From Geosiphon pyriformis uo1 (taxonomy: Eukaryota; Fungi; Glomeromycota): a DNA stretch of 60,100 nt. The stretch is from NCBI GenBank assembly GCA_016748015.1, contig JAAOMT010000195.1, positions 41,714-101,813 on the forward strand, in the 5' to 3' direction. This document shows, piece after piece, positions 25,601 to 37,500 of this stretch. The notes below the pieces were generated by a model. That model made no database searches, had not been told where the DNA came from, and saw only the letters and a list, made by a program, of their open reading frames with translations. Position 1 is the first letter of the stretch. The number at the start of each line of letters is the position of its first letter. The position numbers and the translations under genes are program-made.

Positions 25601-28600
25601 TCTATATACTTACACTCAATCACAATTGTCAAATTATTGTCAACTGAGATTAGAGTGCATCAATTGTAACAAAAAATTGTTATCAATGGATGCATGCTGT
25701 AATGACAATGAGAAATACCAGATGGCAACAAAGTTCTATTGCTATCTATGTCTAGTCGAATACTTTGGAAGACCAAAACAAGTGGGAAAATGAGATAATG
25801 AGTCATGCTTGACTTGTGGTAAAACTCTCTTTAATGAAAAAATGTGGAACAACATTCTTGAGAGAGGAGGAACATATGACAAATCATGTTAGTACATGAT
25901 TCTTATAAGCAATTGGGTAAGAAAAAAAATGCCCATAGATGTTGTCTGGAAATGAACAGTCAAATGCTTGAACAGTTGTTCACACAATAATGACAAAATT
26001 TGGCAAATGGCTCTCACCAAAATCAAAGAAGCATTATCAGAAGAAATAAAGATAATTAAAAATAACTCACCAGAACCCATAGAACTTGACTGGGACCCAG
26101 AACCAGTCATAAATTTCTTGGATCCAAAACAATTCTACAAACACTACCAAAAGCTAGCATCTACAAGAGAAGAGCAGAAGCAATGCTTAGAAGAAATCAA
26201 TACTCAATTATGTGACCACTGTTTGATTCTATATAACTTTCAATATTGTAATAAGTATGATCTCATTTACAATCTACCAACACACATAATCTACACAATT
26301 CCAGAAGAAAAAGAACCAATCAGCAGCTGCATATCAGAATCAGAATTAATTTTCAATCCTGATTCAAACTCCAATTACAATGATGACAAAAACAACAATT
26401 CCAGCTTTGCTCAATATAGCAACAAAAATGACAATGATTCAAACTCCAATTCAAACCCCGAAACATATATCGCACTTCCTGATCTCTCCAAGGAGCAGGA
26501 ACTCAGATGGTTCAGTGATAATAATAAAGATATTATGTTCAAATACACACATAATATTGATGTAAAGTTTGATCTAAAATATCTGGGAAAAGTTGCCATC
26601 AAATTGGAACCACATTCACACACCTGCATTAATCTCAAAATAGCATTGGAAATTTTAGCAACAATAATGATGCAGTTAGCATCTAGGAGTAGCTTAGCCA
26701 AAAAGAGATTCAACATTAGAGGAAAAATAATTAACACAGGATACATAAAAAATATCATTATTATACTACAAAATGATTTAGAAAAGACATATATTATAGA
26801 TCCAAATGAAAAGATAGCACAGGCAATATTTCTACCTCTGGTGAAAATAGCTCAGTTAGTGTCAGTAGAAAACAGAGAAAAATTAGGGATTACTGCTAAA
26901 GGGATACAGAGTTTCGGATCTACAGATAGAATAGATGTATTAGTTAATATGGCAGAGAAAAAAATTAGTGACAAGGGAAAAATTATCTCTATCTGTCAAG
27001 CAATTTCCATTTTACCATATGACCAATATATGTTAGCCATAAAAAGAGAAGTAAAGGATCAAGCTCAATTATTTGAAACAAAAGCCACCAATTGCAAATC
27101 AGGAGAAATTGGATTAACTAATCTTTACATATCAGCCAAAAGCCCCAAAAACATTAAAATTTTCATTTACAACACAACCAAAAATATTATTGAGATACCA
27201 AAAGGAAACATCATTGGATATTTAACCAATGAAGTTAAGAATTAACCACCAAACTACATTTCAAATTTTCCACAGCTTTGTGAATAGGTGGACATCATAT
27301 CACAAACCATTTATGAACAAAATGAATATTATTTGCTTCAACTGGAACAGTTGGAACAGATGAACATGGGGAATCTAAACCCATTCCAACAGATGCAACT
27401 AAAAATATTACTCAAAAATTTCAATGACATCTTTGCTAGCAAAAATAAATTTGGCCACACCAATATCATTTAGCATCAGATCAAGACTAGAGATACAATG
27501 CCAATTAAACAAAAGACATACAGAGTACCACCAGCCAGCCATAAGATCATTCGTCAAGAAATCAATTAAATGCTTAACAATGGGCTAATTTAGCCATCAA
27601 TGAGTCCATGGTCATTACCAGTAGTACTAGTCTGAAAGAAAAATGGGAAGATCTACTTTTGTGTAGATTATAGAAAACTCAACAGTATTATTCATGGTGA
27701 TAGTTATTCAACTTTGCAAATTTAGAAATTATTTAATGCTTTTGGTAGAAATAAATAGTTCTCAACATTAAATTTAGATAATAGTTATTGGCAAGTAGCC
27801 ATAGATCTAGCCAACAAAGAGAAAACAGTGTTTACCACAAGAGAAAAAAATTTTGAATTTGAAGTCATATCATTTGTATTGATAAATACACCAGCCACAT
27901 TTCAACAGCTAATGAAAATTGTTTACACTGGACTACTATGGAAATCAATAATCATATACTTAGATAACACCAATGTGTTCTCAAAAACATTTAATGATTA
28001 TCTGCACCATCTCCAACAAGTATTTGAAAGACTTAGATAAACAGAATTAAAACTGAATGCCAATAAATACTTTTTTGGAAAAACAGAACTCAAGTTTTTG
28101 GGACATGTAGTAAGCAAAGACAGTATCAAAATGGATCCAGATAAGATTGCAATAGTAAAGAACTTTCCAATACCAACCAACTTGACAGAACTAAAAACAT
28201 TTTTGGAATTCACAGGCTATTATTGCCACTTTATTAAAGACTTTTCAAAATTAGCTCAGCCACTCTATTATTTACAAACCAAGAATGTGAAGTACAAATG
28301 AACAGAAGCTTAACAAGAAGCTTTCAACATATTAAGAAGAAAGCTTATCCAAGCTTTAGTATTAATGTATTCAGATTACAACAAACCATTTATCATTATT
28401 ACTGATGCATCAGACCAAGCATTGAGAGCATTACTATTACAAAGAAAACCAGATGAAAAAGAGCATCCAATAGCTTATGCCAGTAGAAGCTTAAGTCTAG
28501 CTGAAAAGAACTATGAAATCCCAGCATTAGAACACTTAGCTATCTATTAAGCTGTTATTAAATAAAAAAAATACTTGAGCCAAAAGTTTGATGTATATAC

Positions 28601-28760
28601 TGACCACAAAGAATTAACTTCAATCCAGAAGCAAAAATTTGGAGACAATTGCCATATAAGATAGAAAATAGCATGATTACCATATATATTTACAGTACAT
28701 TATAAAAAAGGAAAAGACAATGGAAATGCCGATGAATTGTCACAAATAAGACAAATTTAA
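22606..28760 (+). pseudogene. Element A gag-pro-(Cys-rich)-dUTPase-RT-RNase H, disrupted
   Basis: MAYAPIAKLEKF capsid (23542), CHYCDKQEHLRIDC knuckle, ILNSRS (decayed DSG), dUTPase motifs FDL/SRSSLAKK/KIAQAI/SFGST (26510-26930), YLDN, TDASDQ, ends SQIRQI-TAA. Confidence 0.88.
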
Positions 28761-28791
28761 AAACATTTCAACCCAAAAATATAACAAAAAG

Positions 28792-30160
28792 ATGAATATA
28801 CAAAAATACAAACAACTCCAATATTATATAGATACTTAATTGTTCAAAAAGAAATTATTTCAAAAAGAACAAAACGACATAAAACAGCAATCAAAATATT
28901 TTATTAATCATCAAAATATACTTTACCAGAAGAACAAAAGAAACCTAAATCAACTGACCAGAGTAATTACAGAACCAGAAAAAGAGACAATATTATTCAA
29001 CATGTACTCAAATTCAACAGCAGGAAATTTTCATAAAGAAACAACCATAGAAAGGATCAAAAAAAGATACTATTGGCCATCAATATATCCAGATATCATC
29101 CAATATATTTAAAATTGTAATGCTTGTCAGAGAAGAGGAGGAACAAAACCCAGTGAACTATTGAGACTGATCAAAGTAAAACAACCATTTGATCATATTG
29201 GAATTGACTTAGTTGGACCATTAACCATAACCAGTAAAAACAATAGATATATTGTGATAGCCATGGACTATCTCACTAAATAACCAGAAGTAAAAGCCAT
29301 TCAAGAAGCAGATGCAAAATTCATTGCCAAATTTGTTCATCAAGATTTGATCTGTCATCACGGATGTCCAAAAAAACTATTATCAGATTAAGGAACTCAC
29401 TTTGTGAATAGAACACTGGCAAAATTAAGTCAAAGATTTGGGATAAAAAGACCATTATCATCACCATATCATCCACAAACAAATAGACTAGTTAAAAGGT
29501 TTAACAGAACATTGTGTAAAGACATTGCCAAAATCAGCCAAAAAAACCAGAACAAATAAGATTTGTTTATACCATTAATATTATTGGACAATGAAACAAG
29601 ATACTATACAAGCAACACTATTTGAATTAGTATATGGTAGAACAACAATATTACCAGTTGAGATAGAAGTCAACACTTATCTAACAAAACCAATAATAGA
29701 AAAAAATTTCCAAAGAACATTGTTGAGAAGAACATATAACTTAATGGAGACACTAGAAAACAAAAGGTGAAAAGCAGTTGATAATATCCAAAAATCACAA
29801 AAAAAACAAAAAAAAAGACATGATAACCAACTACCAAATAAACCAGTTGAATTCAGGATTGGAGACAAAGTACTTTTACATTGTACCAAAGTGGAAAAAC
29901 AATGAAGTGAAAAATTTGACTCCAAATAAGATAAACTATTTTACATAGAAAAAATTCTTGGAAATAAAGCTTATAAATTAAGATAGGACAAGAAAATCTT
30001 AGCCAAAGCAGCACATAATAATTGATTAAAACCATATTATCATATAGTATCACCATCTATTAGTAATATTCCACAATTAGAAGTACAGTGAATACTAGTC
30101 CAACCAAATAAGATTCCACAAGATTTGGAACCAATCATAATTATTGGACCAAACATGTAA
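28792..30160 (+). pseudogene. Element A integrase (separate ORF), disrupted
   Basis: ATG 28792; YYWPSIY..C..CQ zinc motif; IGIDLVGP, DYLTK, LLSD, YHPQT; ends LEPIIIIGPNM*. Confidence 0.85.
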
Positions 30161-30190
30161 AATTAAACAATAAAAAGAGTATATAAAGAC

Positions 30191-30859
30191 ATAGTAGATG
30201 CAACAGAAGACTTCAAAAAAATAGAAATTACCAACAACATCTATTTACTAGCACAACAACTCTTCCAACTAATTCAACAACAGAATATAGAAATTAATAT
30301 CAATCAACAAACCATTCGATACCAAGATATCAATAAAATATCTCGATACAAAGTACAAAAAAAAATGAAAAACACTATTGATAAAATAATTCTAAAAGTA
30401 AAATTGGCAATAAAAGAGCCAACAAGTGTCACCACATATCAAGAAGTGACTAAAAAAACTTGGATGTGGTGGATACAACAATTTCTAAGAAACTTTTGTT
30501 ATTTCCACTTGGGATGATACTTGAATATTCAGAATTTATACACAGATAAAACAAAACAATTATTCAATACAACAATATTGCAACAACTAGAACAATTTAT
30601 GAGAAAAAACAATTTAACTACACAAGCAAGAGCCATCTATTGGCTATATATGGAATTCTAAGACAAACCAGAAATTTTACTTAATCCAGACATAGACTTT
30701 ATTATAGTTAACCAAATGGGAAAAATAACTAACATCCAATTTGAAGAATTATAAAATAAAATCATTTAAGTAATTCTTGAAAAAAAAGTTCAAAAAATAC
30801 TCAAGAACAGAGAATTAGAGTCAGAAGATTTGGGAGATCTCAACAAAGCTCAATATTAA
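30191..30859 (+). pseudogene. Element A ORF3, unknown ~220-aa protein
   Basis: Colinear with C ORF3 (start decayed to ATA); ends LNKAQY* next to the PPT. Confidence 0.7.
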
Positions 30860-30944
30860 AAAAGAAAAAATAATGTTATTTATAAAATATAGAGAGTATA
30901 TTAGCATATAAATTAGTCAATCAGAAGTGGCTGTAGTAAATGTG

Positions 30945-31090
30945 AAATTTCAGGATTCTTCTCAAAAGAAATTGTGGAATTCTTATATAGAGAATTACAA
31001 GATTCCAGAATTCCAAGATTCCTCTCAAAAGGAATTGCAGAATTCCAGGAATTCCAGGATTCCTAGTGTAAAGAATTGAGGAATTAAAAA
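30945..31090 (+). repeat. GGAATTCC/AGGATTCC short-repeat array in U3 of A/C LTRs (also 14035-14185, 32230-32395, 47160-47230)
   Basis: Repeated, partly palindromic gaattc/ggattcc units; array length differs between C LTRs. Confidence 0.75.
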
Positions 31091-31101
31091 ATCTCAATTA
31101 T

Positions 31102-31111
31102 GTATATATAA
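31102..31111 (+). promoter_or_regulatory. Putative LTR TATA box (TATATATA), at the equivalent position in A, C, D and E LTRs
   Basis: tgtatatata at ~31101, ~40823, ~32215 (minus), ~47147 (minus); atatatata at ~49445 and ~57989; follows the U3 repeat arrays. Confidence 0.55.
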
Positions 31112-32480
31112 CAATAGTATTAGAAAAAAAAAAAGCAGAATCTTTTAGTTAGAGACCTTTCAGTTTAGATTTAATTTAAGTGATCTTCCAACTTACAAAT
31201 ATCAATAAATAATTATTCTCTATCTCAAATTCACTCTCTATTATCAACACTTTATGTTAATAGTAATTGATACTTAACCACACTGGAACAATAATTCTTG
31301 ATCATGGCTATTAATAAGATACTAACCATTATTGCTTTGGCTTATTTTCTTATTTTTTTTATTGTTATTTTTATTTTTCTTTCTTTTGTTGTTATTTACT
31401 AATTGATTAAAGAGAAAGTGCTAAGATACAGACATCATAGGGACTGGTAAAAAACCAGTAAAACAAGAGTAGAACACTTATAGATTTAAGGATAGCTTAC
31501 TAAGAGGATTACCAGCCACCATGTTAAGAAAAAAATTTGATGGTGTTATGAGTGATTATTTGGGGTATTGAATCAAATAACAAATCCATAACTTGGTGCT
31601 AAAAGTTATTTGTGTTGATGTTATTAATCTGAAAATTTTGTATCTGAAAGTTTTGTATTTAAAGGTTTTGGTTTGAGTTCTTTGTATAATGGACAGAGAT
31701 TCAATAATTGTTTTATCCATAGCTTTCCAAAACCACAGTTTTGTTAATTTTTCTCTCGGCATGATGGCCGGCAATCCTCTGGTAAGTATTTTGTATCTTC
31801 TGTACATGTCCTACCCTTTCGTAGGAGTCTTTTACCAGGCAATCCTTGATGTCAGTAATCTAGCGCTTTATTCAACCAATTAGTGCACAACAATAAAATC
31901 AAAATAAAATAAAGAAAAAAAATAAAAGAAAATAACAAAAAAAAAGAAATAAAAGAAAATAACAAAAGAAAAAAAATAAAAGAAAATAACAAAAGAAAAA
32001 AAATAGACCAAAACAATTTACAAGTTAGTATTCCATCAATAGCCATGATCAAGAGCTATTGTTCCAGTGTAATTAAGTATCAATTACTATCAACATAGAG
32101 TGTTGATAGTAGAATTAGGTTTGAGATACCAAATAGTTATTTATTGTGTTTGGAAGATTGTCTAGATAAAATCTAAACTAAGAGATCTGTCTTTTTAGCT
32201 TCTAATTCTACTGCTATATATACATAATTGAGATTTCTCAATTTCTCAATTCTTCACAACAAGAATCCTGGGATTTCTGGAATTCTGCAATTCCTTTAAG
32301 AAGAATTCTGGAATTCTGGAATCCTGCAATTTCTTGTGAGAATCCTGTAATTTCTGGAATCCTGCAATTCCTGAAAAAAATCCTAGAATTCCCACCTTTT
32401 ACTATGTCTACTTCTGATTAGTTAATAACTATACTAATATATATTTTCTATATTTTTATAAGTAATATTATTCTCTTCTT

Positions 32481-33140
32481 TTAATATTGAGCTCTGTTGA
32501 AATCTAACTCTGTTAATTCCCCTTCTTAAAGTATTTCCTGAATTTCATTTTCGAGAATTACTTGTGTTATTTGAGTCTGTAATTTTTCAAATTAAGCATT
32601 GATGATTTTTCCTAATTGATTACTGGTAACCGTATTCATTGCTTTGTTGAGTAAGATTTCTGGTTGATCCTGAAATGCTGTGTGTATTCAGTATATGGCT
32701 CGGGCCTGTGTAAATAAGTTGTTTTTTCCCACAAAATGTTCTAATTATTGTAGTATTCTTGTGTCAAATAATTGCTTTGTTTTATCTGTATATAGATTTT
32801 GGATATTCACATGTTGTCCCAAGTAAAAATAACAATAGTTTTTTGGAAATTGTTGTATCCACCAATTCCAAGTTTCTTTAATCAACTCTTGGTATAGTGA
32901 CTCTTTTGTCGACTCTTTTATTGCTAATTTTATTTTTGCAATGATTTTGTCAATGGTATTTTCTGTTTTCTTCTGTGTTCTATGTGGCAATGTCTTTTTA
33001 GTGTCTTGATATTGGATGGTTTGTTGATTAATTGTAATTTCCATCTCTTGGTGTTGAATCAATTGAAAGAGTTGTTGTGCTAGTAAGTGGATGTTGTCTG
33101 TAATTTCCATTTTTCTGATATTTCTTGTTGCATCTACCAT
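32481..33140 (-). pseudogene. Element C ORF3, unknown 219-aa protein with internal stops
   Basis: ATG 33140; ORF 32745..33140 continues past stop codons to DFNRAQY*. Confidence 0.75.
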
Positions 33141-33164
33141 GTCTTTATATATTCTTTTGATGGA

Positions 33165-34525
33165 TTAATTTAATGTGTTGTTGTCAATGATGATGATTGG
33201 TTCCAGATCTCATGGAATCTCCTCTGATTGGACTAGTATCTTCTGTACTCCTAATTGTAAAATATTACTGGTGGATAGTAATGTGATGTTGTGATATGAT
33301 TTCAGTCGATCTCTATGTGTTGCTTTGGTTAAGATTTTGTTATCCAGTCTTAATTTGTAAGCTCTATTCCATAGAATTTCTTCTATGTGAAATGGTCTAT
33401 CTCATTTGGGGTCAAATTTTCTACTCCATTGTTTTTCTGCTTTGGTACAATATAAGAGTACTTTGTCTCCAATCTTGAATTCAACTGGTTTGTCTGGTAG
33501 TTGATTATCATGTCTTTTTTTCTGTTTCTCTTGTGACTTTTGTATATTATCAGCTGCTTTTCTTTGTTTGTTTTCCAATGTTTTCATTAAGTCATATGTT
33601 CTTCTTAACAATGTTTCTTGGAAATTCTCTTCTGTTATTGGTTCAGTTGGATATGTGTTAACCTCTATCTCAACTGGTAATGTTGCTGTTCTACTGTATA
33701 TCAATTTAAATAGTGTTGCTTGTGTGGTGTCTTACTTCATTGTTTGATAAGCAAATAATACTGATAGTATAAACAAATCCTATTTGTCATGGTTTTCTTG
33801 GCTGAGTTTCGCTATTACTTCACACAATGTTCTATTAAATCTTTCCACTAAACCATTGGTTTGTGGATGGTATGGTGATGATAGTGGTCTTTTAATTCCG
33901 AATCTTTGGCTCAATTCTGCTAATGTTTGGTTTACAAAATGGGTCTCTTAATCTAATAATAGTTTTCTTGAACACTCATGTCGACAAATCAGATCTTGAT
34001 AAACAAATTCGGCAATGGATTCTGCATTCACTCTTTGAATTGCTTTTGCTTCTGGCCATTTAGTGAGATAGTCTATGGCTATTGTAATGTATCTGTTTCC
34101 TCTGCTGGTAATTGTTAATGGTCCGACTAAGTCAATTCCAATGCAATCAAATGATTGTCCCACTTTGATTGGTTTTAACGGTTTATTTGGTCTGGTTTCT
34201 CCTCTTTTCTGACAAGCATCACAATTTTGAACATATTGAATAATGTTTGGATACATTGATGGCCAATAGTATCTTTTTCTGGTTCTTTTTATGGTTGCTT
34301 TTTTATGAAAATGTCTTGCAGTTGGATTTGAGTGCATGTTGAACAGTATTGTCTCCTGGTTGGTTGATCTGAATTTTTTCTATTTTTCCAATAAAGTATA
34401 TTTTGGTAAGTGATAAAATATTTGGATTGTTGTTTGATCCTTTTTTATTCCAGTTGAGATAATTTCTCCTTGAACTGTTGAGTATCTATATAATGTTGAA
34501 GTTGTTAATATTTATGTGTGTTTAT
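33165..34525 (-). pseudogene. Element C integrase (separate ORF), disrupted
   Basis: MH..TARHF..YYWP..CDACQ, IGIDLVGP, DYLTKWPEA; ends LEPIIIIDNNTLN*. Confidence 0.85.
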
Positions 34526-37500
34526 CTTTTGTTATGTTGTTGTTGGATGTAGTTTGGTTTTGTTATATTTTTGAATTGAAATGTTTAGATTTATCTCATT
34601 CATGACAAACCATCAGTATTTCTATTGTCTTTTCCCTTTTTATAATGTATAGTATAATTATATGGTGTGAGTGTCATTTTCCATCTTGACTGTCTTTCAT
34701 CTCCAAATTTTTGTTTTTGGAGTGATGTTAATTCTTTGTGATCTGTGTACACTTCAAAACTTCTGGCTCAAGTATTCTTTCCATTTCATGACTGCTCAGT
34801 ATATTGCTAAGTGTTTTTGTTCCAGTGTTCCATAGTTTTTTTCAGCTGGTATTAAGCCTTGGCTGGCAAATACTACTGGATGTTCTCTTCTATCCAGTTT
34901 TTTCTAAGATAGTGCTGCTCCTAATGCTTGATCTGATGCATCAATAGTAATAATGAATGGTTTGTTGTAATCTGGATAGATCAATACTGGTGCTTGAATG
35001 AGTTTTTCTCTTAAAATGTCAAAAGCTTTTTGTTGTATTTCCATCTATTTATATTTTATGTTCTTGGTTTGTAGATGGTTGAGTGGCTGAGCTATTTTAG
35101 AAAAGTTTTTGATGAAGTGACGATAATAGCTTGCAAATCCCAAGAATGATTTTAGTTCAGTCATATTGGTTGGCACTGGAAAGTTTTTTACTATTTTTAT
35201 CTTGTCTGGGTCTGTCTTGATACCATTTTTGCTGACTATATGTTCCAGAAACTTCAGTTCTGTTTTGCCAAAAAAGCACTTGGTAGTATTTAGCTTTAAC
35301 CCTGTTCGTCGCAGTCTTTTGAATACTTGTTAAAAATGATGAAGATGATCATCAAATGTTCTTGAGAATACATTGGTGTCATCCAAGTACACAACTACTG
35401 ATTTCCACAATAAGCCAGTATACACAATTTCCATTAGCCATTGGAAAGTTGCTGGGGCATTGGTTAAGCCAAATGGCATTACTTTAAATTTGAAATTCCC
35501 TTCTCTTGTGGTGAATGCCATTTTCTCTTTGTCAGCTGAATTCATAGCTACTTGTCAGTAACTGCTATCAAAGTCTAATGTTGAAAACCATTTGTTTCCT
35601 CCAAAAGCATCAACTCTTGGATCCATAGAGTTGGATAACTGTCTCTATGAGTGACTTTATTGAGTTTTCTGTAGTCTACACAAAATCTGATCTTTCCATT
35701 CTTCTTCCAGACAAGTACCACTGGTAATGACCATGGGCTCATTAATGACTGGATTAGCCTGTTGTCAAGCATTCTATTGATCTCTTGACGGATGATCTCA
35801 TGGCTTGCTAGTGGTACTCTGTATGCTCTTTGTTTAATTGGCATTGCATCTCCAGTTTTGATCTGGTGTTGGATAATATCAGTTCTGCCAAATTCGTTTT
35901 TGCTGGCAAAGATATCATTAAAATTGTTGAATAACATCTTTAATTGCATCTGTTGAAGTGGATTTAGATTTCCCATGTTTATTTGCTTTAGCTGTTCTGG
36001 TTGTAACAAATAATATTCATTCCATCTATAGATTGTTTGTGACGTAATATTCACATATTCACACAATTGTGGAAAGTCTGGAATGGTGCTTGGTGGTTGA
36101 TTCTCAATTTCAGTGATCAAATATCTGAGAGTGGTTCCTTTCAGTATTTCCACAACATTTCCTGTATTGTTGTAGATAGGAATTTTGATATGATTGTGGT
36201 TCTTGGCTGGTATGTGTAGATTGATAAGTCCAACTTTTTCTGTTTTACAAAGGCTTGTTTCCACTTCAAAAATTTGTGCCTGATCCTTCACCTTTCTTTC
36301 TATTGCTAACATGTACTGGTCATATAGTGGAATAGAAATTGCTTAACTCATTGAGATAATTTCTTCTTGGTTAATAATTTTTTTCTTTGCCATATTGACT
36401 GATATGTCTATTCTACCCATAGATCTAAATCTTTATATCCATTTCACGGTTATCCCTAATTCTTCCTTATTTCCCACTGAAGCTAACTGAGCTATTTTAA
36501 CCAGAGACAGGAATATTGCCTGTGCTATCTTCTTGTTTGGCTCTATAATATAGGCTTTTTCAGAGTTATTTTGTAGCATGGTGATAATATTTTCTACATA
36601 TCCCATGTCAATTATTTCTTCTCTTATATTAATCCTTTTTTTTGCTAAACTACTCCTAAATGCTAGTTGAACCATAGTTGTTGCTGGAATTTTCAGTGCT
36701 ACTTTGAGATCAATGCAGATGTGTGAATGTGGTTCCAATTTGATGGTGTCTTTTCCAGAATATCTCAGATCAAATCCTGCATCAGTATTATGCGTGCATT
36801 TTGGCATGATACCCTTATTATTGTTACTATACCATTTGAGTTCCTGCTCTTAGAGAGATTAGAAAGCACTATGTATATTTTGGAGTTCAAGTCAGAGTCT
36901 GAATTGTTGATATTCTTGTTGCCATATTGTGTGGAGCTGGAACCAGTGTTTTTGTTGTCTTCATTGTTAGAGTTGAAATCAGAATTGAAAATTGATTCTG
37001 ATTCTGATGCGCAGCTGCTGATTAGTTCTTCTTCCTTTAAGATCGTGTAGATTATGCATGGTGATAGATTGTAAATGAGGTCACATTCATTACAATATTG
37101 GAAATCACATGGAATCAAACAGTGGTCATATAATCTGGTGTTTATTTGGACCAAACGTTGCTCTTGTTCTTCTTTTGTAGATGCCAAAGTTTGATAATGT
37201 TTATGAAACTCTTCTGGTTCCAGGAGATTTATGACCAGTTCTTTGTTCCAATCAAATTCTAAGGGTTCTGACAGGTTGTTCTTAACTTCTTTGATTTTTT
37301 TGGGTGATGCTTCTTGAATTTTGGCAAGGATCATTCTCCAGATTTCATCATTGTCATGTGGACAAATGTCCAATCATCGTACTGCTGTTCTTCAGGTGGC
37401 TTCTATGAGTGTTTCTTTTCTAATCCAATTGCTGATGAAGATCATGTACTGGCCCAAAGTGTCACACGTTCCTTTTTAACCAGGAATGTCGTTCCACATT

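Noticed and set aside
29940-30160. Chromodomain at the integrase C-terminus
   Set aside because: Only a GPY/F-like SH3 region and an EPIIII tail are seen; no Y.VKW.G motif.
30191-30859. env gene call for ORF3
   Set aside because: No signal peptide, furin site plus fusion peptide, or TM anchor visible.
31556-31807. ORF inside LTRs (MYRRY..., also 46569-46766 and 58449-58646)
   Set aside because: The equivalent segment is 64, 97 and 77 nt in A, C and E, so the frame is not conserved across families. More likely conserved R/U5 RNA sequence.
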